From a virus: a stretch of 64,000 bases of DNA. Below are positions 31,001 to 39,429 of this stretch, piece by piece (the stretch's first letter is position 1; every line of letters starts with the position of its first letter). The position numbers and the translations under genes were made by a program. Below the pieces are notes generated by a model. The model saw nothing but the letters and a program-made list of their open reading frames with translations. It did no database searches and was not told where the DNA came from. The stretch lies in the IMG/VR virus record IMGVR_UViG_3300045988_111115, positions 14,419 to 78,418 of that record; one strand, given 5' to 3'.

Positions 31001-31774
31001 ATTAAATGTTCAGGAGTTTCTTTTTATGATTGCAACATAACTCTTAGAACGGCAGGTTATTCGGGCGCTAGTTTCACATTTATAGTAGCTCACAATTCAG
31101 ACAATGGTGTCGTAAGAATGAATGGTGGTTCGTTTACTTTCATAACAGTATCCGGTTGGACGCCATGTATAACAGGTATCGATTGCTATGGGGTTGATAT
31201 ACACAACTGTAATATACAACTTAAGAACGGGGCAAATTCAAACAATGTACCAAGTGGTGACAGTTTGGAATTGAATTTTATATATCAAACACAATCAAAT
31301 GCTATAAGGGGTACATATCCTAATATAATGAGCCATTGCACTTTTAAATGTTCGGGAAATACATCAATTATTGCGAGTACGGAAATAAGTATAACCGAAA
31401 GTGAAATTACGTTGGCGGACAAGAGTAGTAAAATCTCTCATTACGCCACAAGCAGTTCGCAGACGTTAAGAAATATATTCGCAAATAACAGAGTTCATTC
31501 AACCGGTTCATATGTGTATATGCGATTTGGAGTGATAACATGTAATTCATTCGGCAGGGCAGATACTTACGGTTTTGTTAGCTCGTCTTACTCTTATTAT
31601 TTATACAATGAAGTTTGTTGCTCTATTACTGGTAATTTCTTTGTTGGTAGTTGGAGTTTATATTTAGGTTCAAGAAATGCTACTGTAACAGGTAATATGT
31701 ACAAGGGTTCACTGTCAAAGTCAAGTACATCAACAGGTACGGTTACTATGGCTAATAATGTTGCGGCAAATTAG
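28028..31774 (+). CDS. tail fibre protein with C-terminal right-handed beta-helix domain
   Basis: 1248 aa protein with a tandem-duplicated ~95 aa module (PPFAVCTTEG... / PPYAVCSTSSG..., both ending Y.DG.W.AV.SS) and a C-terminal beta-helix region rich in N, G and S repeats. Confidence 0.7.
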   Translation: MATWENRYITLQGQEIINKVATGKGKIKITRVTTSSEWFPSGTDLITVTKLKHEMQDFGGIGGVSWKKAPVNEDNPNNTAYVIEAQLDNTVPLKETNSKGNVLDNTEGYSLRQIGVFCKYINDENVEGDEVLMLFVEPLHTDANTDYVPPDSYPILMTYSLQFNLFQELGDGDVFVQMENSGVVTKTERDKDLANLKTNNKNSYSEAINEVHKERDDLEEKTNGLIGTINKAFKWRGNCTSTDDLNTFITSEHIGFWGVPSKNTAPQNLPDITEGTNLNLTLLIWGNSDDESSNIVQEVYSTNTSAVYRRYYKRTSSTFTSWNRHKGLLLDQFALWADKATALSEDHIPTFTPDGELRSTDIEFSSLTSRFRGVWNSNRKLEEATIADLGTWIISDESGPTDMPLSKHNTEDCILIIRGDTTSKNGMIQEVFNTYDEHRCYRTYDRNNGWSFWRYAITSYVTDEETSGILKGYTLTHTGDTADVEWQAPPFAVCTTEGNVAEKTVSVPGFKLVDGARIVVRFRYKHLINSRAYLNVSNTGSKSIFLSSTWSTAYAVDSTNTWDEGEMVELVFYDGFWYAVASSLSFTLNNTLPKITPTTTLATISQGEGHHTMLGKIQKAISSLISHLRDTTNPHSVTKEQVGLRYVPNVATNDQQPTFTEESTRTNIVSGEKLSVLFGKIKKWFSDLKTVAFTGSYTDLSNKPTSMQNPYSLTLTMNSSGATYNGGSSASFAWYAPTSGGTAGYNLISNGSGAPVWQQPPYAVCSTSSGTGAKTVSITNFKLVTGTRVSVKFSNKTSTTPTLNVSSTGAKEIKLVQTNGTYVSVNSYNSWSAGEIVELIYDGTYWVAVSSNMRFVSGAQSATVIVGTTYSSGYCDYRCDGSNDVSIINTAIQDAYSRLYKNDSDYTGVAYPNLGVKVFFKAGVYKVNGNIYTGNTAWVSNNNYITLEGESENAVTFVKTTDNSHSLIDATDISFVFKNINFHFAQVASTEIKCSGVSFYDCNITLRTAGYSGASFTFIVAHNSDNGVVRMNGGSFTFITVSGWTPCITGIDCYGVDIHNCNIQLKNGANSNNVPSGDSLELNFIYQTQSNAIRGTYPNIMSHCTFKCSGNTSIIASTEISITESEITLADKSSKISHYATSSSQTLRNIFANNRVHSTGSYVYMRFGVITCNSFGRADTYGFVSSSYSYYLYNEVCCSITGNFFVGSWSLYLGSRNATVTGNMYKGSLSKSSTSTGTVTMANNVAAN

Positions 31775-31786
31775 GGGGTGATTTGA

Positions 31787-32179
31787 ATGTTTGATATTAA
31801 TAATTTCTATGATTTAGACGGTGTATTACATCTAAACAAGTATAAAATTGTAGTGAGATACTACGATAGTGTAGAAAAACAGACATATGAAGATGTAACG
31901 ATGTTTTTGAATGATGAAGGCTTGAAAGATATGAAAGAACAACATATTGCTAAACATCAACTATTAGAGTTAATCTCGGAGGAAGTTATAGATACATCCG
32001 ACTATGAGTGGATGGAAGGATTGCCACTTCAAAGCGATAATCCGATTAAAGAGATTGAGGAGATTTATAACTATGGCAGTAAAGAGGCTTATGAAGCGTC
32101 TTTGCCTGAATATGCGGACGAGTTTATGCTTGACGTAGATGTAAGGGTAGCAATGTTAGAAATGGGAATAACAGAATAG
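31787..32179 (+). CDS. hypothetical protein
   Basis: Acidic protein after the tail fibre gene. Confidence 0.35.
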   Translation: MFDINNFYDLDGVLHLNKYKIVVRYYDSVEKQTYEDVTMFLNDEGLKDMKEQHIAKHQLLELISEEVIDTSDYEWMEGLPLQSDNPIKEIEEIYNYGSKEAYEASLPEYADEFMLDVDVRVAMLEMGITE

Positions 32180-32191
32180 GAGGTGATGATT

Positions 32192-32350
32192 GTGAAACAC
32201 GGGCGCTCTTATGGGTTGTGTAAGAAGATTGTAGCTGTTGGAAAAATGGGCAAAGAACAAATGCTTGAAAAATTTGATGTGCTTGTCTTGTCTGGTGGAT
32301 TAACAGAAGATGATTACACAGAGTTGGTTGCAGAAATCAATAAAAATTAG
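32192..32350 (+). CDS. XkdX-like small phage protein
   Basis: 52 aa ORF with a GTG start after TAGGAGGTGA, absent from the ORF track. The GLTEDDYTELV segment and its position before xhlA/holin resemble XkdX. Confidence 0.35.
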   Translation: MKHGRSYGLCKKIVAVGKMGKEQMLEKFDVLVLSGGLTEDDYTELVAEINKN

Positions 32351-32362
32351 GAGGACATTATA

Positions 32363-32647
32363 GTGGAAACAGAAAATGAAAAAGAGTTATGGGAGAGACT
32401 GACTGCGGTAGAACAGTCCACAAAGTCGGCGCACCACCGCTTAGACAGCTTGGACAAACTAACCGAGAGCGTCCACATCATAGCTACAGAAACTAAAGCA
32501 ATGCGTGGGGACGTAAATGATATAACCGAACGTGTGGACGAAATCGAAAAACGTCCTACAAAGCGGTACGAAACAGTAGTTACCGCCATTATTACTGCAA
32601 TAGTAGGCGGATTGATAGGTTATTTTATTAAAATGTTGGGTTTTTAG
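32363..32647 (+). CDS. XhlA-like haemolysin/lysis accessory protein
   Basis: N-terminal coiled coil plus a single C-terminal TM helix (VVTAIITAIVGGLIGYFI). Confidence 0.6.
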   Translation: METENEKELWERLTAVEQSTKSAHHRLDSLDKLTESVHIIATETKAMRGDVNDITERVDEIEKRPTKRYETVVTAIITAIVGGLIGYFIKMLGF

Positions 32648-32674
32648 CATTTTAAAATTAGGAGGTATGTAAAA

Positions 32675-32896
32675 ATGAAAGATTGGTTTAAAGCGGCAGG
32701 AATAAGAGCAATCAAGACGATTGCACAGACAGCGATAGCAACAGTAGGTACTGCTGTTGCTATGGGAGACGTAAATTGGGTATTAGTAGGTAGTGCCTCT
32801 GCACTTGCAGGAATACTTTCCCTACTAACATCTATTGCAGGTCTTCCTGAACTTGATAGCCCCAAAGAAGAAAACAAAGAAGAAAACAAAGAATGA
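32675..32896 (+). CDS. holin
   Basis: 73 aa ORF with two TM segments and a charged C-terminal tail ([10 protein letters not shown]), directly upstream of the endolysin. Confidence 0.65.
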   Translation: MKDWFKAAGIRAIKTIAQTAIATVGTAVAMGDVNWVLVGSASALAGILSLLTSIAGLPELDSPKEENKEENKE

Positions 32897-32907
32897 GGTG
32901 TTTAGTA

Positions 32908-33746
32908 TGACTGCAATAGAAAAAGTAATACGAGTTGCAGAGAATGAGGTGGGTTATTTAGAGAAAGCGAGTAACTCACAGCTTGACAGCAAAACCGCTA
33001 ATGCAGGTACAGCTAACTACACTAAGTATTGGAGAGACATCAAGCCTGACTATCAAGGTCAGCCTTGGTGTGCGTGTTTTGTCACTTGGTGTTTTGTAAA
33101 TGCCTTTGGTGTTAGCAATGCACTTAAGCTATTAAAGCACTATCCATATGTTTACTGCCCGACTATGGCTTCTCTTTTTACCCTTAATTCCAACCCAAAA
33201 GTTGGAGACATAGTAATCTTTAAGCATAACGGTGAATTTACTCATACGGGTATTGTAACCGTAGTAGATGGAGACTACTTTGAAACAGTAGAGGGTAATA
33301 CAAGTGGCGGTAGTACTATTATAGCTAATGGTGGTGGAGTATGTAAAAAGAGCTACTACAACAGTAACTTACCTGGAACTAAGTTTTGCACTCCTGAATG
33401 GAGTATTGTATCTAATGAAAGTGAGGGACTAACAGTGACACAGTATGAAGAGTTAAAAGACCTTATAACAAAACAAGGTACTATTATTGCACAGCTTAAA
33501 GCTGAAAATGCAGTACTTAAAGAGGAAAACGTCAAGATAATGAATGTATTGGAGAGTACTTTTGTCTTTGACTATGTAGACGAAAATATGCCTGATTGGG
33601 CAAAACCTGCTGTTCTTGCCGCAGTAAAGAGCGGTGCTATTCAAGGTAAAGATGAGAGTGGCAGACTTGGTTTGAGTTATAAGGACCTAAGACAAATTGT
33701 AAGAGAGTACAGACAAGGTATTTATGACAAACCGTCAGTACATTAA
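32908..33746 (+). CDS. endolysin with N-terminal CHAP domain
   Basis: CHAP Cys in QPWCACFVTWCF and His in FTHTGIV, plus a C-terminal coiled coil. The ORF track starts at 32835 inside the holin, and the ATG at 32908 is the likelier start. Confidence 0.7.
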
Positions 33747-33789
33747 TTATCAAAAATTCTAAAAGTAAAATGTATATCTATATCTCAAT

Positions 33790-33834
33790 ACCCCTAATAA
33801 GTCCAAAAAATGACCTTAGGGGTATTTTATTTTG
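33790..33834 (+). terminator. rho-independent terminator after the lysis cassette
   Basis: Stem ACCCCTAA...TTAGGGGT followed by TATTTTATTTT. Confidence 0.6.
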
Positions 33835-34087
33835 CTTCCCTTTAATTTATACCCCTAAAGAGGAATTTGTGTTTTAGAACTGATTTTGAGTGTTTAAAGT
33901 CAATTTATTAAATTTTGCTGATTTTAATAAATTAGCCAAGAGAAATGACGGTGTTTAGAAGTTTTGAACAGTTTTAGTGAAAGTGCGGTGACGAACGAAG
34001 TGAGGAGTTCGCACTACAAGAGTATATACCTTTAGGTATATACGATTGAATATTATATAATATAATAAATATATATATATAATTAAT

Positions 34088-34140
34088 ATTAAATGTGTAA
34101 TTCAAGATTACGCACACACGAGTATTAAGAAAGGAGAGTT
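34088..34140 (+). promoter_or_regulatory. ~40 bp operator/promoter element (GTGTAAT-TCAAG-ATTACGCAC ... GAGTATTAAGAAAGGAG), near-identical copy at 62574-62617
   Basis: Two near-identical copies, each in front of the first gene of a rightward block. Each contains an imperfect inverted repeat. Confidence 0.5.
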
Positions 34141-34198
34141 TTGACAGAACTTTTGACGTATGATATACTTACATAGTATTTTAAAGTGTGAAAGGAGA

Positions 34199-35767
34199 AT
34201 GCTTATGAAGTTGAGTAGGCACATAAACCGTAATGTAACACTTACAGGTGTACAGACTTTGAATAACCCTACTCGTGAGGAAAGAGCAAAAATCAAAGAA
34301 GCATTGACTTTTGATAACCCTGCATATGCAAAAGCTAAAAGGTATAGTGCTTACGTGAGCAGAATTAGTCCTTATTTGCATTATTTTGAGGAAGACAAGA
34401 AAAGTATCACTGTACCTCTTGGCTTTGATTTAAGACCCTTTTTAGAGACGAGAGACCTAACCTCTTATGACAAGAGGGTAGTTAAAAATGTTGTATACCC
34501 TCCGTTTCTGTTGAAGCTGAGAGAGACGCAAGAGGAAGCCTTTCATTCATATTATGCAACAGCAGGGTATAAAAATGCTCCGAGAAACATTATACAGTTA
34601 CCTACAGGAAAGGGGAAGACTATTTTAGGACTACAAATAGCTTATGCACTTAGTCAAAGAACTTTGATTATAGTACACAAAGTAGACCTTTTGAATGGTT
34701 GGAAGAAAGATATACAGAAAGCCTTTGGGGGTAAAGTACAACCTCACATATTACAAGGAACTAAAAATGTAAGTTATGGAGAACATATAACTATTACTAC
34801 TATACAGACACTGAACAGACTATCGGAAAAAGACCTTGAAATGCTATCTACTAAGTTTGGGTTGATAATACAAGATGAAATGCACCATTGCCCCGCAAGT
34901 AGTTATTCAATTTCTTTGGCATTCCAAGCAAAGTACCGTTTAGGACTTACTGCAACACCCGAAAGAAGTGATGGTTTAGGTCACGTAATGACACTATACT
35001 ATGGAGATTTTGCTTATAAGTACAAGAACAAGGTCAACGACAAAGATATATTACCTGTTAAGGTTATATCTGTAACTGCACCTGTTTATTTTGACCCTAT
35101 CTGTACTCAACAGACCAATGGTAAGTGGTTAATAGCAACAGATGAAGATTTAAAAGCAGGTGAAAGTACAGTACTAAAGAAAAATCAATCAAGAATATCA
35201 AATATTAACCCAAATTATAAACCTGACTTGGCATACGCTAATATAGATAATGCAGTAATACAGAATGAGGACTTACAGAGAGACGTTGTAAAGAGAATTA
35301 CAGAGGAACATAAGCAGGGACATAGTGTTGTTGTATTCTTTTCTCAAAAGGCACACGTTAAGCTATTTTATGACCTTTTAAAGCCTGTACTAAAAGATAA
35401 AGTGTTCACTTACTATGGTGATAATTCCGAAAAAGAAAACGAAAGAGTACTTGAAACAGCCGAAAAGATAAGAGACACAGTAACTCTAACCACCTATGCA
35501 AAAGCTACAGAGGGAACTAATGTAAAACAGTGGGAAGTAGAGTTTTTAGTATCGTCCATAAACAATGGCAAGAATGTAGAACAAGCTATAGGACGTATAA
35601 GACGTGTAGCAGATAATAAAATAAGTCCTGTAAGAGTTTATGACTATCAGTACTTATATTGTTATATACTTAGAGGTCATACTTACAGCCGAAAAGAACG
35701 CTATAGAAAAATGAACTGTTTAGGTGAACAAAGTACAGTATCTAAGTCGATATTTAAGAGGGGATAA
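34199..35767 (+). CDS. SF2 DEAD/DEAH-box DNA helicase
   Basis: Motif I LPTGKGKT, II IIQDEMHH, III LTATPERS and VI QAIGRIRR. The ORF track starts at 34160, but ATG 34199 follows GAAAGGAG. Confidence 0.75.
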   Translation: MLMKLSRHINRNVTLTGVQTLNNPTREERAKIKEALTFDNPAYAKAKRYSAYVSRISPYLHYFEEDKKSITVPLGFDLRPFLETRDLTSYDKRVVKNVVYPPFLLKLRETQEEAFHSYYATAGYKNAPRNIIQLPTGKGKTILGLQIAYALSQRTLIIVHKVDLLNGWKKDIQKAFGGKVQPHILQGTKNVSYGEHITITTIQTLNRLSEKDLEMLSTKFGLIIQDEMHHCPASSYSISLAFQAKYRLGLTATPERSDGLGHVMTLYYGDFAYKYKNKVNDKDILPVKVISVTAPVYFDPICTQQTNGKWLIATDEDLKAGESTVLKKNQSRISNINPNYKPDLAYANIDNAVIQNEDLQRDVVKRITEEHKQGHSVVVFFSQKAHVKLFYDLLKPVLKDKVFTYYGDNSEKENERVLETAEKIRDTVTLTTYAKATEGTNVKQWEVEFLVSSINNGKNVEQAIGRIRRVADNKISPVRVYDYQYLYCYILRGHTYSRKERYRKMNCLGEQSTVSKSIFKRG

Positions 35768-35772
35768 AGAAT

Positions 35773-35801
35773 TTGACATTGTAAGTATTATATGCTATAA
35801 T
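35773..35801 (+). promoter_or_regulatory. sigma-70 consensus promoter TTGACA-17-TATAAT
   Basis: Perfect hexamers with a 17 nt spacer. Confidence 0.55.
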
Positions 35802-35832
35802 TACTGCATAACTAAATGAGAGGAGAAAAGAT

Positions 35833-36324
35833 ATGCCAATATCACAAGTAAAAACTATTGAGCAAAAGGTTAAGGAGTATGACAATCTTCGTAAGAAGAA
35901 AAAACAACTTGAAGACCAAATGAAATTGCTTTCACAGGAGATTAAAGATTATTCTTCTATCTATGGTACTAAAGATGATAAGGGTAGTTGCTACGTTGAT
36001 AGCCCTACATACACTTTTGGTACACAGTGTAAGAAGTCAATCAAGTTGAATGGCGAGAAAGCATTGGACTTCTTTAAGACACATAACCTTGAAAAGTACA
36101 TTAAGACACAGGAGTATGTTGATGAAACTACTGTTGAAGCTTTAAGTCAAGACGGTACTATTTCATATGACGACCTTGAAAGTATGTGTAATATAAAAAC
36201 TACATACTCTGTACTTGTAACCAAAAAAGAAGAAGTAACGGCAGAAGTAGAAGAACACGAAGTGGCTTCTATGCCTATTGCGGCTTCTAAAAAACCTAAG
36301 CTAAAGCTATCAAGGAAGAAGTGA
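35833..36324 (+). CDS. hypothetical protein
   Basis: ORF with an RBS. Coiled-coil N-terminus. Confidence 0.4.
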   Translation: MPISQVKTIEQKVKEYDNLRKKKKQLEDQMKLLSQEIKDYSSIYGTKDDKGSCYVDSPTYTFGTQCKKSIKLNGEKALDFFKTHNLEKYIKTQEYVDETTVEALSQDGTISYDDLESMCNIKTTYSVLVTKKEEVTAEVEEHEVASMPIAASKKPKLKLSRKK

Positions 36325-36331
36325 TTTAGCT

Positions 36332-36688
36332 ATGCCAAAGGTAAAGACCTCAGTAAAGCTACCTACAGGAGAAGTACTTGAATTATACTATGTAAAGACT
36401 TTTGCTGACATTATAGGTAGAAGTACACAGACTATCAAGAAGTGGCATAGAGAAAACATTATACCTGATACATTTTTTCACGACAAAGACGGTAGTAAAC
36501 TTTATTCACGAGAGATGATGAATGTGGTAAAAAAAGCTATGGGAATATCCAAAGCTACAAGAGGAAGACGTTTAGACCTATCTCCGTTTAGTCCTACAGT
36601 CTACAGAGAGTGGGAGAAGTTAAAGCTAAAATACACAGGTAAGTACAATCCACAAGTACCTAAGAATTTTCAGAAAAGGAGAAGTTAA
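36332..36688 (+). CDS. HTH DNA-binding protein (MerR/excisionase-like)
   Basis: HTH segment FADIIGRSTQTIKKWHREN. Confidence 0.45.
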   Translation: MPKVKTSVKLPTGEVLELYYVKTFADIIGRSTQTIKKWHRENIIPDTFFHDKDGSKLYSREMMNVVKKAMGISKATRGRRLDLSPFSPTVYREWEKLKLKYTGKYNPQVPKNFQKRRS

Positions 36689-36690
36689 AA

Positions 36691-37029
36691 ATGCCAAAGT
36701 TGAAGAAAAAGAAGACAGAAGAAGTTACAGAGGAAGTTGTACAAGAAGAAACAACTACACCTGCTGAACAAGAGGAACAAAAGCAAGAGAACATAAACGA
36801 GGAAGAAGCACTTGCTCTTGCTAAGCAAGTTGAAGAGGACGAAAATAACACAGTACACACTGATAAGCTGAATAAAGCACTTAAAGTAGTACACGATAAG
36901 TTCGGTTTGGACGGATACAGTGTTATGTCTTTTAAAGACGGTGGCTCTAAAGTTGAGGTATCTGTAACAAACGGTGACTTTGACCTTAAAATCACTATAA
37001 GGGATTGTGAGAATGAGGGAATATATTAA
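36691..37029 (+). CDS. highly acidic protein (hypothetical)
   Basis: Run rich in E, D and Q at residues 10-50. Confidence 0.4.
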   Translation: MPKLKKKKTEEVTEEVVQEETTTPAEQEEQKQENINEEEALALAKQVEEDENNTVHTDKLNKALKVVHDKFGLDGYSVMSFKDGGSKVEVSVTNGDFDLKITIRDCENEGIY

Positions 37030-37042
37030 GGAGTGATATTGA

Positions 37043-37363
37043 ATGAAAAAGCTGAAAGCTAAGGCAGTAGAAAACGCAACAGTAACCAAAGGTAATAATA
37101 GAAAAGGTTTTGAAACTCTCAAAGAGGGAGTACCTTTAGACCACAGTGTAAAAAGTGAAGTAAATGCAGGACAGAAATTTGGCTTGTCAAAAGGTATCAC
37201 CAAGAATATGGGTGACTACGAAAGTCTAAGAGTTGAGTGTTGGTTGTGTGATGAAGTACAACCGAATGAGACACCAAAAGAAGCCTTTAAGAGAGTTGAT
37301 GAAACACTTAATGAGGTAATCGAAGAAATAGTATTCACCACTGTAGAGGACTACACAGAATAA
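37043..37363 (+). CDS. hypothetical protein
   Basis: ORF with an RBS, followed by a terminator. Confidence 0.4.
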   Translation: MKKLKAKAVENATVTKGNNRKGFETLKEGVPLDHSVKSEVNAGQKFGLSKGITKNMGDYESLRVECWLCDEVQPNETPKEAFKRVDETLNEVIEEIVFTTVEDYTE

Positions 37364-37390
37364 GGAGAGCGGTAATGCTCTCTTTTATTT
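37364..37390 (+). terminator. rho-independent terminator
   Basis: GAGAGC-GGTAAT-GCTCTC followed by TTTTATTTT. Confidence 0.65.
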
Positions 37391-37418
37391 TGACTAAAAT
37401 TTTAGTATGTGCTATAAT
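37390..37418 (+). promoter_or_regulatory. promoter TTGACT-17-TATAAT
   Basis: Near-consensus hexamers with a 17 nt spacer. Confidence 0.5.
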
Positions 37419-37448
37419 TTATGAAAAGCATAAAAGAGGTGAGATACT

Positions 37449-37985
37449 ATGAAACGTAATATAGCTAAAACACAAGACCTATTAAAAGGTTTTCGTAATT
37501 TGAGAAATCAAGTAGTAGAGCCTGAGGGTAAGAAATCAAAGAAAAAGCAGGGTAGAAGAAGTAATAAGCTGACTGCATATGAAAAATTTTTAAAGAAATA
37601 TGTAGATTTAGAAAATACAATAGATACCTTTAGACCGATTGACTTGCTATTCTTCTTTCGTGAAAAAGCAGGTGAAGCAGATGTAAGGTATGTAATAAGC
37701 AATCAAGCAAGAGACTGCGGAGTATTTAAGCTACTATTAGACAGATATGACCCTGAGGAAATCTGTTTAATGATTGAGTTTTTATTCCTGAGTGAGCAAG
37801 ACTACTTAGACAAGTCAAGACTACAACCCACAGTACTTGCAAGCAGGTGGTGTAATACTATTTATCAAGACAGTCTTTTGTGGGTTGATGATAAGTATGT
37901 AAACCGAAAGAAAGGTTATAGCAAACCTGAAAGAGAATTTAATGCAAACAATAAAGATACAACACAGTTAGGGGGTTGGAATTAG
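37449..37985 (+). CDS. replication-associated protein (hypothetical)
   Basis: Lies upstream of the DnaC-like loader and has a basic N-terminus. Confidence 0.35.
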   Translation: MKRNIAKTQDLLKGFRNLRNQVVEPEGKKSKKKQGRRSNKLTAYEKFLKKYVDLENTIDTFRPIDLLFFFREKAGEADVRYVISNQARDCGVFKLLLDRYDPEEICLMIEFLFLSEQDYLDKSRLQPTVLASRWCNTIYQDSLLWVDDKYVNRKKGYSKPEREFNANNKDTTQLGGWN

Positions 37986-38626
37986 TGAGACCACTAAGAA
38001 CACACATTAACTATACAAGTCTTGATATTATAGGTATTCCTAAGAAGTTTCAGTCTATGACTTTAGAGGACTTCAATACCTATGATACAGAAGAGTTAGA
38101 AGAAGTAAAAGACTATATGCAAGAGTACATCAATAAGTTTGATACCCATAAACTATATGAGATAAACGGAATACTCTTTTATGGCTCAAATGGTGTAGGA
38201 AAGACTATGCTTGCAAGTTTAATACTAAAGCAAGCATATATACACAGATATTCTTGTAAGCGTATGACTTTTGTGGACTATATCAGTATGTATACAAAAG
38301 CGTGGGGGTCAAAGTCTCCACAAGAGAGAGAAGACTTAACTTATGACTTGTTTGTTCAAGCAAAGGGCATTGAGTTTCTTGTGCTTGAAGAAGTCGGAAA
38401 AGAGATAGATAGTAAAGTAGCTATACCTATTTTGGAAGACTTGCTTAGATACAGAGAAGATAAAGGGTTAGTTACTATAATGTGCACTAATGTCCGACCA
38501 TCTGTACTTGAAGAGAAGTACGGAGCAAGTATAATGTCTTTAATGAAAGGTAATATGTTCCCTATAACTATTGTAGGTAAAGACAGAAGAGTAGCTAATA
38601 CAGGAGGTAGAGATGAAATTAGTTAA
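37976..38626 (+). CDS. DnaC/IstB-like AAA+ helicase loader
   Basis: Walker A GSNGVGKTMLAS and Walker B FLVLEEVG. Confidence 0.6.
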   Translation: MELVRPLRTHINYTSLDIIGIPKKFQSMTLEDFNTYDTEELEEVKDYMQEYINKFDTHKLYEINGILFYGSNGVGKTMLASLILKQAYIHRYSCKRMTFVDYISMYTKAWGSKSPQEREDLTYDLFVQAKGIEFLVLEEVGKEIDSKVAIPILEDLLRYREDKGLVTIMCTNVRPSVLEEKYGASIMSLMKGNMFPITIVGKDRRVANTGGRDEIS

Positions 38627-38970
38627 AAGTGGCTTTAAGCTGAATAAAATTTATAATGAGGATTGCTTTAGAACAACCAAAAAGTTAAAAGTATACGTAA
38701 GGATAATCCTAATCAAAAGTATTATGAGAATATTTTTAATTTCATTGAAGCCAAGAATAATGACGGTAGCTGTCCTTATAAGGCGACGTATTCTACAGAA
38801 TTATGTACCAAATTACTTGATATTTATGCACCTATCGGGTCAGTTGTTTATGACCCATTTATAGGTACAGGTCTACTGCTGTATCTTGTATGAGGGAGGG
38901 TCTTGACTTTATAGGTAGTGAGTTATCTAAAAATCAGTGTGAATGGTCTGAAAACGACTTAAAGATATAA
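38613..38970 (+). pseudogene. decayed beta-class N6A/N4C DNA methyltransferase (internal deletion plus frameshift)
   Basis: N-terminal KIYNEDCF, then PYKATYSTELCTKLLDIYAPIGSVVYDPFIGTG (motif I) in a second frame, then AVSCMREGLDFIGSELS in a third frame. The DPPY catalytic region is missing. Confidence 0.6.
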
Positions 38971-38985
38971 GAATGAGGTGATAAA

Positions 38986-39423
38986 ATGTTACACGGAGAT
39001 ATATCAAATATTATAGGTGCTACTATAGCTTTTAGATGTGAAGACAGCTTGTTTAAACCCAAAGAGGGTAAGTTAGTTGACTTCCTACAAAAAATCGCCC
39101 CAAGTACCAAGCAACGTTTTCTAATGGATAGTCTTAGTGAAGAGTACCTAAAAGCTATGGAGTACATCTATAGAAATACTGAATATACAGTAGATTTGGT
39201 AATCAATGAAGATAATTATACACCGCACGTCGCAAGTGTACTTGAAGACCTGCCTTTTAACCGTATTATCAAAGTTAGAAATGAGGGTAATATCAGTGCA
39301 CGTTTGTTAATAGGTGATATAACTATTTATGTAGATGAGAGTACACAGCGTAGAGGTTATGTAAATAGTAAATATGCAGTACCTCTGAAAGAACTAAGTA
39401 ACTTAATAAAAAGGAGAGCCTAA
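38986..39423 (+). CDS. hypothetical protein
   Basis: ORF with an RBS. Confidence 0.4.
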   Translation: MLHGDISNIIGATIAFRCEDSLFKPKEGKLVDFLQKIAPSTKQRFLMDSLSEEYLKAMEYIYRNTEYTVDLVINEDNYTPHVASVLEDLPFNRIIKVRNEGNISARLLIGDITIYVDESTQRRGYVNSKYAVPLKELSNLIKRRA

Positions 39424-39429
39424 AGAACT

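Noticed and set aside
33747-34160. tRNA or attP core in the 400-bp lysis-replication gap
   Set aside because: No cloverleaf-compatible GC-rich 70-90 nt segment was found, only a terminator, a short hairpin (33983-34015) and the operator element.
38613-38864. ORF-track 83-aa protein as a bona fide gene
   Set aside because: Its sequence is a methyltransferase N-terminus running into out-of-frame remnants. It is better explained as a pseudogene.
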